64,000 nucleotides of DNA. It comes from a virus. Lineage: Duplodnaviria > Caudoviricetes. The DNA lies in the IMG/VR virus record IMGVR_UViG_3300024331_000152, positions 78,795 through 142,794 of that record; one strand, given 5' to 3'. Position 1 is the first letter of the stretch; each line of letters opens with the position of its first letter. Under the pieces are notes generated by a model, which was not told the origin of the DNA, made no database searches, and saw only the letters and a program-made list of their open reading frames with translations. A program made the translations under genes and the position numbers. Below, piece after piece: positions 30,813-43,110 of this stretch.

Positions 30813-31793
30813 CTACGCGAACATATCCGCGCCGTATGTGCTGAGCATCGAGTCTAGAATCTTCTGTGCCTGCTCGGCTGCGTTCTCCCGGGCCTTCGCA
30901 TCAGTGCGAAGCGCTTCAGGCTCATTGGAGGTGGCGAGCTTTTCAGTCTGCTCGCGGAATTCCTCCAGCTTCGGATCATCAGCAAGGTTGATGCGCTGGA
31001 GAACGTCCGAAACCTCACGGGCATTCACCACCAGTGAATCGCGGAAGGTCGCCTCAGTGTCGCCCTTGCCGTCGCAAATCCAGCACTTAACCTTCTTGCC
31101 CTTGTCGGCTTTCTTGCGGGTCTCGATGGTCTTGCCTTTGCCCTTGCACTTTTTGCACTGCTCACGCGTGCCCAAGCGCTCGACCATCTTCGCGACAACC
31201 TCGTGCAGCTTGCGAACCGCATCGTTCTGCGCCTCTTCCAGCCGCTGCTTGGTGCGCTCTTCAATCTGCTTTTCGAGAATCTTCATCTCGGCTGCTGGAA
31301 GCTCGACGCGCAGATCGCCAGTTACCGGCATCGGTTCGGGCACATACTCAAACGAGAACTTCTTGCGAATATCGTCCGGGTAATCCGAATCCTTGAACAT
31401 GCCGTTAAGCTTCGTGCGTGCGTCAGAGCGAAGCTGAGGATACGCGCGCTCGAAGTCGTTCAACAGATCGTAGAACTGCGCCGTGCCCTGACGCATGTGA
31501 TCCGTGTACTTCTTGTAATTCTTGATCGTCAGGATGCGTGCCCCCTGATCGTTCCACGGCAGGGTATTGAGGTAGTGAAAGTCGCGCATCTCATTTGCGT
31601 GCTGAATGAGTGCCTTGTACTGCGGTGCGTCGCCCGGGAGAAGCTTCTTTGTGTAGCGTCCCGCGTCAGCGTCCGCGCCCTGCGCTTGATTCGTCTCGCG
31701 CGTCACTTCTTTGTCATACTTGCGCGCTGCCCATGTGGAGATAGTCAAGGTAACCAGAACTGCATTTTTGTGCTGCATCGCTGCTGTCATCAT
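30813..31793 (-). CDS. DUF3150-like protein with inserted CxxCxGxG zinc finger
   Basis: position between AAA and vWA-peptidase genes; TLPWND.G.RIL; CKKCKGKG and CWICDGKG. Confidence 0.65.
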   Translation of the reverse strand: MMTAAMQHKNAVLVTLTISTWAARKYDKEVTRETNQAQGADADAGRYTKKLLPGDAPQYKALIQHANEMRDFHYLNTLPWNDQGARILTIKNYKKYTDHMRQGTAQFYDLLNDFERAYPQLRSDARTKLNGMFKDSDYPDDIRKKFSFEYVPEPMPVTGDLRVELPAAEMKILEKQIEERTKQRLEEAQNDAVRKLHEVVAKMVERLGTREQCKKCKGKGKTIETRKKADKGKKVKCWICDGKGDTEATFRDSLVVNAREVSDVLQRINLADDPKLEEFREQTEKLATSNEPEALRTDAKARENAAEQAQKILDSMLSTYGADMFA

Positions 31794-31839
31794 CGCTTCA
31801 CCCTCCAAGGTGTTGTGGTGCCCGGGCATTGCGCCCGGG

Positions 31840-32913
31840 CTACTTGATGTTGCGGCCATCCATCTGCTCGCCGACAGGTCCCAGCGTCATCTGAATGTAA
31901 TCGTGCGTGTGCTGAATCGCCTGATCCTCATCCAAGCGCTGCACCTCGCGCATCATGAGGACAGCAAACTCTCCACGGTTCGCTTCGGTCAGCATGCGCT
32001 CGGCATACTGCGTGATGCGTCCGAAGTTGCCCACATTCGCCTTCCGTGCCAACCCAATGCTGATCGCAAAGAGCTTGCTCATTTCGGTCGGGATCGCGGC
32101 TTTCTTCGGATTCGTGATGATGCCGTCAAGGTTCGGCAACTGCCGCGCCATTACACGGAAAGCCAGATACTCGCCTGCTGCGCCTGCGCCTACTGCTCCG
32201 CTCATTGCGGCGGCTTCGATCTCTTGCGGAAGCTGCAACGTTTCCCACCGCGCTACCTTCTCCCACGTGCGCGGAGAGGGTGAGTTGGTCAGGTCGGCTG
32301 ATGGTTCGAACTTCGACAGAAGCTCAGCGCGGAAGCGAAGAAACGGCACAAGAGTCATTGCCGCGTTGGGATCGAGGTTCTTGAATGCCCACCGTGAGAA
32401 GTCGTCGATATCGGGAATGAGTTCAACAATCGTCCCGAATCTGGACTTCACAGGCTCAAGAATGCCAGTCACTCCAGCCTTGTCAGTGCGGCGATTGGTT
32501 GCAGCCACAAAGACAACGCAGTCCGGAATCTGGTGACCGTTGACCCTGCCACCATGCAGAAGCTGCATGTATGCGGCCTGCATGGCCGGTGTGGCCTGTC
32601 CCAGATCGTCGAGGAACCATACCGTGAGCTTCTTGGCGTTGAGTGCCTGCGCCAACGCGCCGAAGGGCAGAAACGTTGCTTCATTCTTCTTCGTGCCGTT
32701 GAGCCATGGCAAGCCCTTGACGTCAGTGGGGTCCTCAACTGCCGGGTGCGAGATGATCAGGTCCGCGCCTGCGTCTCGTGTGGCTTCGATCAGAATCTGA
32801 GTCTTGCCAATTCCGGGTGCGCCGGAAACGAGGACGTTCGCTCTAGCCTTGATACTTGCGGAGAGCAGAACTTTAAGCTGTGACGGTGTCAGTTTGGGCA
32901 CTTCGTTTGCCAT
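31840..32913 (-). CDS. MoxR-like AAA+ ATPase
   Basis: GAPGIGKT, WFLDD, AATNR, SRF, PSPRTW. Confidence 0.9.
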   Translation of the reverse strand: MANEVPKLTPSQLKVLLSASIKARANVLVSGAPGIGKTQILIEATRDAGADLIISHPAVEDPTDVKGLPWLNGTKKNEATFLPFGALAQALNAKKLTVWFLDDLGQATPAMQAAYMQLLHGGRVNGHQIPDCVVFVAATNRRTDKAGVTGILEPVKSRFGTIVELIPDIDDFSRWAFKNLDPNAAMTLVPFLRFRAELLSKFEPSADLTNSPSPRTWEKVARWETLQLPQEIEAAAMSGAVGAGAAGEYLAFRVMARQLPNLDGIITNPKKAAIPTEMSKLFAISIGLARKANVGNFGRITQYAERMLTEANRGEFAVLMMREVQRLDEDQAIQHTHDYIQMTLGPVGEQMDGRNIK

Positions 32914-34375
32914 TGCGTTGACCCTCCAAGGTCTTTCCAGATCAGTAGAAGCTCAGGCGCGCCGCGTGAAGGCTCTGGTGTTGCGCCCATGATGGCGCTA
33001 GACGCGCCACGGATCGCGTATGCGACCCTTGTTGAATGTCATGCCGCAATTGCGACAGCGGAACCACTTGAGAAGCCCGAGAACCCCCATCAGGAGTCCC
33101 GGACCAGAACATACAGGGCACTTCGCCATCACTTCACCTCATTCAGCGCGTCAATGATGGCTTCAAGAATCTCCATCGCTTCGGCGCGCGTTAACGCTGT
33201 CTCCTCGGGATCACTGCCGCGTGTGCGCAATGTATTGAGGATGCGATACAGCGCTTCCATCACAGCACCTCTCTGTAATCGGCTGCTGAAAAGAAAGCGC
33301 GGATGCGAATCTCGCGGCGAATGGTGGGTTTGCGGAAGCGCCGGACAGCGCGGTCAATGCGGTTGTGTGCGTGATTAGTGTGTGCCATGTTTCAATCCCT
33401 CCAAGGATTTGAAATGGGTGATTACTGCGGTCTGTTGGGATGAGTCTTGCGTGATTCAGCGATGAGTTCAAACGCGCGCTTCGCAAGGAAATTGCCCTTA
33501 TAGGCCATCTCAGTGACGTAGGCCAGTGCGGCGTTATCATCTTCGAACGTGTCGGCTTCGTCCAGCTTCTGGATTTCCAGATATCCGGATTGAGCCACAT
33601 CGGCGAGAATCCAACCCTCGCGCTGCGCCTGTTTGTTGTTGAAGAATTCAGCCATGGCTACTTCACCCCCTGTGTCAGATACGCATGAATCATGCTCTTG
33701 CGGGTTTCAACAGTCGCGTTAGACCACTGCGCGAACGATATGCGATTGGTTTTGCAAATCCACTGAATCATGCTGCTCCTATGCGTTTTTAATGAGGTGA
33801 ACCCCTCGTCTTTGGAACTGTGCGACTTTGGCAATAACGGGGCCGATAGTCGCGTATACCCGCCAGTCGATCACTCTAGTTTTACGACTCAGAGATTTAC
33901 GGTCGTCGTGCTGGAAGTTAACTCCATTCGTCGGTCTAAACGACCTTGTAGGACACGCCACGTAGAGGCTGGAGTGTAATGTGTCCCGGGAGACGCTTTA
34001 CAGCAGTCTCCTTCGTTCTCGTGCTCACGGCTATCTTGCTATCGACTCCGTGTGCCGCCACCTCATAAGGACTTTGGTATCGACTCAATACAGGTTTGGC
34101 GATGTGGAACGAATCACATCAGAAGGGCCTTTATCGGTTCCGCGATATAGCTTTTCAGCGCCTCTCGGCATTCATCGCTCGACTCTGTTTAGGGTGCCTT
34201 CATTTCAGGTTCCATGACTCTCAGGTACTTGCGTCAATCACCGTCGATTCAACTTCGAACCGCTTACAGGTGACCCGTCCACGTTTGCTGGAATCCGGTT
34301 ACCGTCTTCACTGCAACTTCTGTTCGCCCGATGCTGCGCCCGGGCTGTGCGCCGTCTGAATCTTCAGAACCCTGA

Positions 34376-34387
34376 TTGTCAAAGATC
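34376..34387 (-). promoter_or_regulatory. boxA-like antitermination element
   Basis: GATCTTTGACAA on the minus strand, about 50 nt downstream of the leftward promoter. Confidence 0.5.
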
Positions 34388-34434
34388 GTCGGGAACGCAT
34401 CCCGTTTTGAATCTCTCTAAAACTTACTGTCACA

Positions 34435-34464
34435 ACCTTACTCGCACTCGCACCATGGTGTCAA
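34435..34464 (-). promoter_or_regulatory. leftward sigma70-type promoter overlapping the CACCATGGTG palindrome
   Basis: TTGACA-N18-TAAGGT on the minus strand; near-identical copies at about 23.07 and 27.47 kb. Confidence 0.65.
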
Positions 34465-37400
34465 CTAAAATCTGCGCCAATCAAATACCACGTTCGTGCA
34501 GTGTTCATGCGGGGTTCAGCGTATATGCTGCGCTGCGAGTCGCATCAATATACAGGGGAATGCGATAATGATCCTGCACTGCCGAATTGGATTGACGCAT
34601 GGTGGTGTTGCCGGGGGTTTGCTACCATCGCTTCCCGGCAGCGCGGCGAATGGGGCCTCGTGAATGCACGGGGACCGTGGATGCGAAGCAATGGTCAGAC
34701 GTGACCACCGTTCATCCACTCAATGAAGGAGAAACGGGGCGGCATCGTCCGCCCCACTCCGCACATGGCAGATATCCAGAAACTGGACTCGGGGCACGAT
34801 AGCGACGGACCTTGTGGCGTCTGCGGCAGAATGTGCCCGGTATGGTTCGCACCCAACGAACTTTGGAACAGGGTGATGGACTCCCCGGGCTTGTTGTGCC
34901 CGAACTGCTTCATCGAGCGTGCTGAGGCTCAAGGCATCAGGCCGACAGCATGGGTACTCTCGGAAGAGAGTCTGTAATGGCTGAGAGAGGCAAGTGCGTC
35001 AAGTGCGCCACGGTCCAGAAGCTGGACAAGAGGGGCAGAGTTCGCGCTCACATGCGATTCAGAATCCTCTACGGTCAGACCATGTGCGAGGGATCGAATC
35101 AGCCACCCATCCAACTCACTCTACCGATCCCGCCGAAAACAGGCGCGTAAGTCCTTTAAAATACCCTATGTAGTATCTTAGAAGGGAAATCACAGCAATG
35201 CCCCGCCAAGGCGATTTCCACAGCCCCCAAGCTGGGGGTAGGTGCCAAAACTGACCCCGACGCAGCCTACCCACACCACGGTGCGAGCAATCGCTATATA
35301 CTTCCGAGTTAACATCACTACCTATGAGACCTTTAAATTCAACACATTACACACAAACACTACACGTCAAAATGTGTTTATTAGTTAGTACAATTCGACG
35401 TTTCTTCGCCTCGACTTTGGCAATCGAATTGCTACACCACGGTGTGAGTCCAGACTCTGGACAGAGTGACGTACGTCACAGGTCATGCATCGGTTTCGTG
35501 GCACATTGGCGGAATGATTTTCATTCGCATTTTTACCTTGGTTGGAGTGTCTGAGCTAATGATCTTTGGGGCGGCGGCGATGGCGTATTTCGTGCTGTGC
35601 GCAGCGCCGAAAGTGGAGAGCTATGATCCTGATCGTTCTCGTGCTGATTCTGGTCGTGGTGTCGGCAGTTGCAAACCTGATTGGTAACCGCCGACATTGA
35701 GTCCAGAATCTGGAATAACTGCGCTATGATTCCGACATGCCGTTACCTTTCGAATCTCGTGCGGAACTCCGGCGCATCTTCCCTGACGCGTACTGTGCGG
35801 TGCGATTCGGGATCAACCCGAATGACGATAGATTCCGGGTATGGATTCCGCAGCTAAAACGATACGTTGGCCGTTGTTGGTTTGCATTCTCTGATGATGC
35901 ATGGATCGATGCAGCCGGGGAGGTGACGTGCCGCGCGTTCGTGACTGTATGATCTTGGCCGGACTTCTGATCCTGTGCGGATGCGGCGGACCTCGCGGCA
36001 TGGTTGAGGGAACGATCTCTCAGGTGAGTACCTTGCGCTGCACGCCGGAGCACGGCTGGCAGGATGTAACGTGGAAGGTCTGGCAGCTAAAGTCTGAAGG
36101 CTGGATGAATCCCGACTCACCTATGGTTGATATCCCCGAGACTGAGACGGCGAAACCATGGGAAGACGGCGAGAACCTCGGATGCAATGAGGACCTTGTT
36201 TTTGGTCCCCGTCCTGATCGCTGGGATACGTTATGCGACGACGGCGCGTGCACCGATTACTATGCTCAAGACCTCGGGGATCGCTGGGAGCATCTATGCG
36301 GCAACGATGACGGCGACAATGAAACCTGTGATTATCGGGACCTCGGCGGATCGGGCACGCTCTACATCACCGACTGAAAGGACACCATGAATCGTCGTTT
36401 CTTCCTCTCTCTCATGCCTGCGGCTCTCGCCGGTATCTTGGCGCGCAAACCTCAACCAATCCACCATCACCCAACAGACGCCATCGGTTTCGATCCAGAT
36501 GAAGTGGCGCGCCTCGGTCGCGTATATGCGGAGCGGATCAACCGGGCACGCTTCGGCAAATATGCTCACATCGGGCCGGACGTTGCACTCATGGATAGCA
36601 CGCCGATAGATGGCTGGATTCGCCCAACGAAGGGTACGCGGATCGACATCGCTATGCGTAACGTCAGTGCAGCGCTTGAGGATCATCACGGCAAAGCGTA
36701 CGCCCACGGCTATGGCTTCGCCCGGGGCGGCGACAGGTGCTACATCTCTGCTACTGAGGGGAATCGAATCTGGCTTCTCGGCAAAGGTCCATCTTGGACT
36801 CATGCCGTCAGTCAAGCTCTCAACGGGCACATGGACGAAGCTGAGCATCTGAGGCTGATGTACGCCAAGCTCAGCGAGCATAACGCGGCAGTGCGGAACC
36901 TTGCGGTCTGCTCTCACTCCCACGTCACCACATATCCCAACTTTGCCAGTGCACTTGCCGTCGTCACAGGCGTGCCCACTAAACCATACGTTCGCATCTG
37001 TGCCGACTGCGGAAAGAACCTCATATGATCAGACGTTCATTCTTGAAACTACTCCCCGCTGCGCTGGTCGGTATCATCGCGAGACCTCGCGTCCAGATTC
37101 AGGACTCTGTCTCTTTCACAGTCTCCGACTGGGAATGGACACCACTTCCGCCCGGGCTTGATATCGACCCCATCGCATTCCAATGGGCGAAGTACCTCAA
37201 AGAGCACGCGGAGCGCCAGTGCGGAGCGCGCGACCTCGTATGATTCCCCACTGGATCATCGCAATCCCACTTCTCGCCCTCGGCTGCGCCGCAATCTACG
37301 CAGCCTTCTGGTATCTCGATCATCGCGACGCAAAACGGCTCAGAAGGCGGGACAAATGAAAACCTTCCTGCAAATGACCGAAGAACGGGAATGCTCTTGC

Positions 37401-38578
37401 CTTACATGCACCTCGTGCGGCAAACGCGTTTCCGTCCTCGTCACCTCAGAGCACATCTGCAACGACTGCTTCGAAAAGCGCGACGCCATCTTGCGCCAGA
37501 TCGAAAGCTTCGACTCTCAAACTCGGATGGTTCAATGACTCTCACCCCTGCCGACCATCGCCACCGCGCCGATCAACTCCGTAATGCCGCTGCTCTCGTC
37601 TATTCCCCTCGCGCCTTCAACGCCATCATGCGCGCCATCCAAGACGAACAAGCCAGCACGGACATCCCGGACCTCGTCACCCCTTGGGGCACTCGCTACC
37701 GCGCGGACCTCGCCATCCAAGCTCACGCCTCAGGATTCGCCGTTGATCCCAATGGACGCATCGACTGGTCTAAAACTCGCAGGTAACTCCACAATCCCCA
37801 ACGTCAACATCACATGATGACCTCGACACAACCACACCACCTGCAACGGCTTCCCATAATCCCCATGGTGCGTATGACGTGGCACACGACGTGGAACACT
37901 GAATGCCGAAGCTAATTGCAACCATCATCCAAGCCGCCGCTCTCCTGATCGCTATGCTCATCGCAACCTACGTGCTGGTCTACCTCTTCTGAATGAATGA
38001 CGACGCCGCAATCTACATCGCAGCCCTCATCGTGCTCGTGCTCGCCCTCATCGCGTTCGCAATCGCCAACCTCAGGCATGAGTGACCACCCCTGCCAAAC
38101 TGCCAGACATTGCAGCAGATTGCAGGACATTGCCATACGTCACACCATGGTGAGCAATGAGTCTCAAACCCGATTTAACTCATGGCGAATTCTTTTAAGC
38201 GCTATCAGCGAATCAGAGCGCAGCGTACAGCGTAGCGCAGGCGCACGGCGTGGCCCTGTGCTGCTCGCGCTGCCAGTTGGCTGGTAGTTTGTCCTGTCAG
38301 ATAGCCGTTGACGCCCGTGTGACGCCCGTTCTGTAGATTCAGCGTCGCCTTATGCGCAAGCCCGGTGCCTCAGCGGCTCTCTGGCTGGCTGGCTGGCCTC
38401 AGGACCCAGTTCTCGGCCTTCCCGAGTTGTCCGGGATTCGGGGTAGCACAGAGTCACTGACGCCTTTGACCCCCACCCTTTCTCCCACAAAATTCTTTCC
38501 TAGCGCAGAGTTTGAGTTGGTCAGAAAAAATTCCGGGAGATTTGGGCTTAAGTAGAAGTGAGCGCAGAGTTTCCCACA

Positions 38579-38607
38579 TTGACGCTTATTATTATTACTA
38601 CTATTAT
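38579..38607 (+). promoter_or_regulatory. rightward sigma70-type promoter
   Basis: TTGACG-N17-TATTAT. Confidence 0.6.
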
Positions 38608-39364
38608 TTCTCGCATGACTTGTAATTGTTCGAAGTGTGGGGCGCGGTGGGAGTCGCGGGTTGCGAATCCGATTCAGTGTCCTCGGTGTAAGCGTGTGGA
38701 CTGGAGGAAGGTGGATGAGGCTAAACCTGATGTATTTTCAGGGGGCGGCGGTCGGGTTACAACTGACAGCAGAAAACGAAGCAGAAGAAAACCTGCTGGT
38801 ATGTCTGGAGGGCCGGAAGGCGGAGCTAAGCCGGAACCATCGGTCAGACAAGGAAGTCGGACTGTTCCTGTGTCCTCGGTTGCCGTGACGGAACACAGCT
38901 CCGGGGTGTGTCCTCACGGATACCAAAACTGGCTCGTATGTCGAAACGCGGGAGGAGGCTGCGAATGACAAGCAAGACGGGCGATAAAACTGCGCTGGTG
39001 GAAAAAAATCGCGGGAGTTCCGGGGACGCGCAAGGTCCGGAGCGTCGCGCTGGCAAGAGCCCGCTCAAGGTTGGGAAGGGGGAAACGCTGCCTGAGGTTC
39101 TCAAGCTCAAGGCCCGCGCGACCGGGTTTTCTGCCGTGCCGCCGTACGAGGTTCAGACGATTCCCGCCGAGGGGGTTGGGAAGGATGGGGTCATCTGGAT
39201 GGATGGCGCTCCCTGTCCGCACCCCGGATGTCTGTCGCACGTCACGCATCCATGTGAGGGCTGTGGCCGGATTGGGGGCCGGTATCCGGCTGACGTTCCC
39301 ATGATGCTCAGCGACCGGCTGGATCAGCTTAAAGCGGGACAAGAGCGCCGGTCTGGCGGCATCA

Positions 39365-40370
39365 GGGCAACACAGAGGAGCAACAGGATGGCGGGTTTAT
39401 TGCAGCAATTCCAAGTCTCATCGGACACCGGTGAGCAGCTTCAGGCGGCAATCAGCATAGTTCTGCCGTGGAATCGAAGTGGAGCTAAGGGATTCCGCGT
39501 TGGAGAAACCGACAAGGGTTTCGCGTGGATAGAGTTTGCGCACAAGACTGATGGCGACTTCTCGCCGCTGCCTTATCCCCTAGACACGCTTCCGAAGCTA
39601 TTCACGTTCGTGCGTGATTGGTTGAGCAGCGCCAAACGCGGCCAAAAGTTCGACACAGATGGATCGGTAACCGAAGGCTGGATAGTGACTCAGCCTGACA
39701 TGCACAACTGTTGGGAGCCTTCGTTCCTGCGTGTGCAAACGACTTGGATCATTTACGGCAAGTAGGGGCAACACAGAGGAGGAATCACATGGAAGCCTAC
39801 ATCGAGTTCAAAGGCCGCTTGTATCCAGCATGGGACTGGTTTGAATCAAGCATCGACGCCCAACCCTACACCTTTGCTTACCCAGACGATCCGAGGGTGG
39901 TCGAGTATCCGAAGAGGGGATGTTGAGCATGGCAAAACTGTTGGTTATTCAGTCGAAAGCTGAATGTCCTAAGTGCTCTCAGAAAAGCTGGGTGGACACT
40001 TGCCCCGATGATCCCGCGAGAGACTTTATGTGGCGCTGCGAGCACTGCGGATTTATGGCAAGGAGCAACGTTTGGGCGATGGAGATCGCTGCCCAACAAA
40101 CCACGCAGGAGCAGGGGTAACACAGAGGAGCCGCATGATGGCAACGCGCTGGCCAGAAGTTGACGGGGAGATTGTGACCACGTTCAAGAAGCACGCTATT
40201 TGTGTTGAGCGCAAGCGCGATCACGAAAACTGGTTACATCACTGTCACTGCTCCGAACGGCTGCTATGCCTATGACGGCTACTGGCGTGATTCTGAGCAC
40301 ACGACGGCTGGCGAGGCCATTGAGGAAGCGAAACGCGGGGCAATGTTGAAGTAGGGGTAACACAGAGGAG
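39365..40370 (+). repeat. dispersed intergenic repeat GGGYAACACAGAGGAG x4
   Basis: copies at about 39365, 39766, 40115 and 40355, each just upstream of an ATG. Confidence 0.85.
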
Positions 40371-41245
40371 AGCGGAGATGGCAAGCGACGAGGAGTTTGT
40401 TCGGGAGCATTGGGAGCGAGTACACACGGGAGCGGCGGCTCTGCACTTATCTGATTACTGCGCGAGTATTGTGGTGAATGCCGAGGAGTTTCCAGATTGG
40501 TCCGCAGCCGCAGCCTTCACCCGCGAACGGCTTGAGCAGATCCGGCAGGTTGAGGAAGAATGCGGGTTGCTTGAATCGCTAGCTCCCGTGATCCATCGTG
40601 ACGATTTGCATATGTGGGCTGGAATTGATGCTGACCCAGATGACGCCACGATTGACGACTGCGAGACCATTGCCATAGATAACTCTAAGTTTCAGTGCAG
40701 GGTTCAGCGCATTCTCGCCCGTGAACAAGCAATTCTCGCAGAACTAAAACGCGGCATGAAATAGGGGGCACAAATGGGCGTCGAGAGACAGATACCGGAT
40801 TACCTGAATCCAGCTTTTGATATTTACGACCGCTACAAGTTTGCACAGCAGCGCATCGCCGACCACGCCGCAGAGGTGGCACAGAAGGATGGAATTCTCC
40901 GCGAGATTCTGCTGTTCGCAATCCACGGCTGTGGCACAAAGCAGAAGGACGCACGAGGCAAGCAGTTTGCAGCCATTGTTGATCTGTGCTCAAAAGCGGG
41001 AATCACGCCAGACCAGCAATTGCAGCCCAAGGGAGAACAGGGATGAATTATTTTCAGCACAAGTCATTCACATTGCGAGTAGGACGTTGGACCGAGAATA
41101 ACCGCCTACTGTCTTTCATGGGCAGCGATGGCCTCAATCAGCCGTCGAAGGGATATTGGCATAAAGTGTGGTGGTTTGGACCTTTGTTCTTTTCGGTCAA
41201 GCATGACGAGGAGCGAGCCGAGAGGTCCACGCAGGGAGAACAAGG

Positions 41246-41434
41246 ATGAACGAGTTGAAGCCATGTCGAGCGTGCACATTTAGACTAGAGATATTGGCAT
41301 TGGCGGATTCTGATCAGCGCATCTACGGCTACAAAGTCAGGTGTTGCGGTTACTCTACGGCTCTGATGCGGCATAGAAAAGATGCCATCGCAGCATGGAA
41401 CACGCGCCAGACGCAGGGAGGTGAGAGCAAGTGA
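41246..41434 (+). CDS. Lar-like (restriction alleviation) zinc-finger protein
   Basis: ELKPCRAC ... AIAAWNTR. Confidence 0.55.
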   Translation: MNELKPCRACTFRLEILALADSDQRIYGYKVRCCGYSTALMRHRKDAIAAWNTRQTQGGESK

Positions 41435-43110
41435 CAGCAGAGGAAAAGGTGAAAGAGAAGTATCCCAAGGCAAGCGCGAAGCACTGGGGAGGTTGGCGAG
41501 AGATGGAAGAAGGCTGGACTTTGTGGACTGGAGAATAACGGAACGACGTGGCCATAGGGGGCGGCGACACTGAATCCGAAGCATGGGAAGACGCTGCTAA
41601 AAGGATCGGGGGAGGGGAGAGATGAGCCAGATACCAGAAGAACGAATGACTGACGCCGAATTAGATGCAGAGTTACGCTCTTTCAGCATCGACCCAGAAG
41701 AGTTGCGCAAGAGTATGTTGGAGCGAAAGTGGACCCGCTGCTAGTCGGTGCAAGGACTCTCGGCACCATCACTTACTCGCCTAAAACTGGAGAAGCCACT
41801 TACGAGAGGGCCACACAGCCATCCCCACAGGAGTCCCATGCCAGATAAGATTACTGGAGCCCTCGAAGTAGGCTGCACGCCAGACATGCGCGAGGTTATC
41901 GTCAACCATCCTGATCTTCAGCCAGATGAGAACGGGGTTGGCCACATCGTGTTTTCTCCAAATCAGGCGCGCAACCTTGCAAAACTTCTTATCAAAAAAG
42001 CAGACGATTGCGATGCGGCAACAAAGAAGAAGCGAAAAGCCGAAGGAAAAACCGACGAACAGATCGTCAAAGCGAAGTACCCGAACGCTTACTGCGCGCC
42101 GTATCCAGAATCTTGGCCGCTTGTTCCCGAGCTGAAATTTTGTATCAAGTACAACGACTGGATGGGTCTTTCGAGCTGGAAGGCTACAAAAGAAGAAGCG
42201 TGGGCCGACGCACGGCAACGAATTGAGGAGACAGAATCATGTGGGTAGCATTTAGAATTCCATGGCCGGTCGTCTGGTTGATCGTCGGTATCGTTGTAGC
42301 AGCAGTGCTTGTGATCTGGAGAAAGTCGCGATGAGTGAGAACAGGAAATATGTGGTGCCGGAGGGGATGCTGACGGCGGCAGATCAGGAAATTCGAGTTT
42401 GTAGTTCCATCCCTTCCACCATTTCGGATCGTCAGATGGCAATCATTCAGAAGATTACTATAGAAGCCGCTCTCCGCTGGCTCTCTAAGAATCCGATTGT
42501 GCCGACACCTGAGCAGAACAAAGCTATGTCGGAGCTGGCTAGATCGGTAAGCATTCAGTACGGCACCAACGCAATCACCGACGCTTCCACGGCCACCATT
42601 ATCGTTGAATGGCAACGCCGCATGTTCGCCGCCCCAGAGCCGGAGATACCGCCTCAGATTGAGGATTTGATGCTCGACCCGAAACGCTACTCGGTGGGGC
42701 TTGAGAAGTTCAATGCCGCAGTTCTCGAAGCCTTCAACAGGGGCAGACGAGTGAGGGAGAAATGAGCCCAATCAAGCACGATTTAGACATCATCGCCTTC
42801 ATGCTGGTATTCGCTTGTGGAATATGCCTCGGAGCCGCGATAGGAATAATGATCGAAGATTTTCTGCGCACATGGACGAGCAAGTCTCTCGCTCCTTGGA
42901 TTATCCAGAAGATGTTCCGGGGCAGACGACTTGGGAAGGGGGATTGATGGCGGCAAGAGAATATAAAGTCGAGAAGATTGAGCAGCAGGGATTCAGCTTC
43001 GCGAAGGACTGGGGGAAGCAGGTTCAGGCGCTTGAGGTCGATGGCTGGCGTGTGATGAATTTGCAGCAGGCTCCTAGGAGTTTTGAGATTTTGGTTTGGA
43101 TGGTGAGGCC

